This document shows, piece by piece, positions 62,298 to 64,000 of a DNA stretch of 64,000 nt. A model generated the notes under the pieces. The model had not been told where the DNA came from and did not search any database. It was given only the letters and a program-made list of their open reading frames with translations. This DNA is from Myxococcota bacterium (GTDB lineage Bacteria; Myxococcota_A; UBA9160; UBA6930). Positions within the stretch are counted from its first letter, which is position 1; the number at the start of each line of letters is the position of its first letter. The DNA lies in contig OZ245015.1 in the NCBI GenBank assembly GCA_965223705.1, positions 1,184,001 through 1,248,000 of the forward strand. The letters run 5' to 3'. A program made the translations under genes and the position numbers.

Positions 62298-63449
62298 ATG
62301 GCACACCGAAACGCCTACATGACCGATGAGCTGCAAGCGATCTACGATCAGACGGTTTCGTTTGTCGAGAAGGAGGTCATGCCCGAAGGCACGGCGTGGG
62401 AAGAAGCCGGCAAGGTTCCGCGGGATGTGCTCCGCAAGATGGGGAGCCTCGGCATGTTCGGGCTTCGCGTTCCCGAAGAGCTGGGAGGTGTCGGGCTCGG
62501 CCCGCTCGCATCGGCCGCATTCTCCGAGGCCTTGGGCGCTTCGACGTTCGCCGGCTTCGACGTGACCGTGCTGGTTCACACCGACATGGCGGGTCCTCAC
62601 CTGGTCAATTCCGGCAGTCGCGCGCAGTGGGAACGTTATCTGCCGGCGGCGTTGTCCGGGGAGCTCATCCTCTCGATCGCCGTGACGGAGCCCGACGCGG
62701 GATCGGACGTGGCGGGCATTCGCTCGACGGCTGTTCGCGACGGGGACGGCTGGCGGATCAACGGACGCAAGACGTTCATCACGAACGCGGTTTACGGCGA
62801 TCTGACGATCGCAGCGGCGCGAACGGATCCCGACAACAAGTACGGGATCTCCATGTTCTTGGTTCCGGCGGGCACCGAAGGATTCACGGTCGCCAAGAAA
62901 CTCGACAAACACGGCTGGCGCTGTTCGGATACCGCCGAGCTCGTGTTCGATGATGTGTTCGTGCCCGACGATCAACTGCTCGGTACCCCCCATCGCGGCT
63001 TCTACGAGACGATGAAGAATTTTCAGAACGAGCGGATGGTCCTGGTCGGAATGGGGATCGGAGCCGCTCAGGCCGCGATCGACATGACGCTCACGTACAC
63101 ACAAGAGCGGCGCGCGTTCTCGGGACATCTGTTCGATCTCGGCGCCATCCGCCAGCGGCTGGCGATGAATCAGGCCAAGGTCGACGCGGTCCGGGCGAGT
63201 ATGTACCACGCGGCTTGGCTGGGAGAACAAGGCGTCGACAACGTGAAAGAGATGTCGGGCGTAAAGGCGTGGGGCTGCGAAGTCGTGAACCAGGTGATGT
63301 ACGACTGCGTCCAGTTCCACGGCGGCACGGGCTTCATGAGCGAGTCGAATATCGAGCGGATGTATCGCGACGCCCGCGTTCTTCCGATCGGCGGCGGGGC
63401 CACCGAAGTGATGCTCGAAGAAGTCGCGAAACGCTCGTTGCGGGGCTAG
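62298..63449 (+). CDS. acyl-CoA dehydrogenase
   Basis: PEELGG, AVTEPDAGSD, NGRKTFITN, QFHGGTGF, IGGGATEVM. Confidence 0.93.
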   Translation: MAHRNAYMTDELQAIYDQTVSFVEKEVMPEGTAWEEAGKVPRDVLRKMGSLGMFGLRVPEELGGVGLGPLASAAFSEALGASTFAGFDVTVLVHTDMAGPHLVNSGSRAQWERYLPAALSGELILSIAVTEPDAGSDVAGIRSTAVRDGDGWRINGRKTFITNAVYGDLTIAAARTDPDNKYGISMFLVPAGTEGFTVAKKLDKHGWRCSDTAELVFDDVFVPDDQLLGTPHRGFYETMKNFQNERMVLVGMGIGAAQAAIDMTLTYTQERRAFSGHLFDLGAIRQRLAMNQAKVDAVRASMYHAAWLGEQGVDNVKEMSGVKAWGCEVVNQVMYDCVQFHGGTGFMSESNIERMYRDARVLPIGGGATEVMLEEVAKRSLRG

Positions 63450-63934
63450 AAGAGCTCTTTCTGGCTCGTCTCGCGCTCGTCGACCGCGAGGGGTAAGCCG
63501 CGCAGCTCGTCGAGATACGCGGCGGGCAAGCGATGGTGTCGCGCGCCCCGAAGAAGCAAGTTCAAGTAGCGGCGCGAAGGGCGACGCCCCGGGGTTCTTC
63601 GACCCGAGAAGTACGTGAACGCTTCGACCGCTCCGGCGTCCGTTTCGAGGGAGACGGGGTGGCGAACGTAGAAGCCGCGGTGCACACCTTCGCTTCGATC
63701 GAGACGCCCCGCATCCTCGAAAGCAAGCCAGTATCCGACACCGAACACCCGCTCGCCCGCAGCGGGTTCGAGGTTCGCGACGCCGCGTTCTCCCGAGCCA
63801 ACCGGAAGGTCGAAAACCAGTCGATAGTCATCCAGGCGGGCGCAGGTCGCGCGTGCCGGGCGCATCCTTCGACGCCCGAGGAACGTTCGGGGATCGAGGT
63901 TGCTTCCGTACGCGAAGTACACCAGCTCAGACAA
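63446..63934 (-). CDS. gamma-glutamylcyclotransferase family protein
   Basis: YFAYGSNL, LDRSEG, PSRRYL; probable TTG start overlapping an upstream stop. Confidence 0.85.
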   Translation of the reverse strand: MSELVYFAYGSNLDPRTFLGRRRMRPARATCARLDDYRLVFDLPVGSGERGVANLEPAAGERVFGVGYWLAFEDAGRLDRSEGVHRGFYVRHPVSLETDAGAVEAFTYFSGRRTPGRRPSRRYLNLLLRGARHHRLPAAYLDELRGLPLAVDERETSQKELF

Positions 63935-64000
63935 ACTTCTGCATGTGCTCCGCGGTGGCGTCGATCGTGCGCATCGCTTTGTCTTCACCGTAGTCGGGGA
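63927..64000 (-). CDS. 3' end of an upstream gene (partial, ...PDYGEDKAMRTIDATAEHMQKFV*)
   Basis: Open frame with host-like codons ending in a TGA that overlaps the GGCT start. Confidence 0.4.
   Translation of the reverse strand, partial: PDYGEDKAMRTIDATAEHMQKFV

Overview
A GC-rich bacterial chromosome segment. The 16S sequence and gene content suggest a Myxococcota/deltaproteobacterial-type lineage, but this is inference and was not classified. In order, the window holds: the 3' part of gltB and gltD; a zapB-like gene, zapA, 5-formyl-THF cyclo-ligase and tyrS; a complete rrn operon (16S, tRNA-Ile, tRNA-Ala, 23S, 5S). The 23S gene is split by two group I introns at the E. coli-equivalent sites L1917 and L1931. 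They are only 14 nt apart, and the first encodes a LAGLIDADG homing endonuclease. Next come an FMO and a PEP-CTERM GDSL hydrolase. A ~20 kb locus resembles a type I secretion system with no ABC transporter: TolC, HlyD-type adaptors, an M50 protease-adaptor fusion, a short SecA paralogue, a ~2,340-aa LEPR-XLL/DUF4347 repeat protein, and an embedded hybrid kinase plus REC-GGDEF-EAL pair. Then follow an SDR/BKACE/FAD-oxidase cluster, bioF-bioA-bioD with a glycosyltransferase, an NHEJ locus (ligD, ku, MerR-TPR, DUF72) and a degenerate tatC. A two-gene scyA-scyC (scytonemin-type) cassette sits opposite a PAS hybrid kinase. The window ends with an HMG-CoA-synthase-like/DUF35 fusion, a thiolase and an acyl-CoA dehydrogenase. 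The best candidates for under-described biology are the SecA/M50/HlyD/TolC secretion locus, the scyAC cassette in an apparent non-cyanobacterium, and the twin-intron micro-exon. All family calls come from motif recognition by eye; no searches were run.
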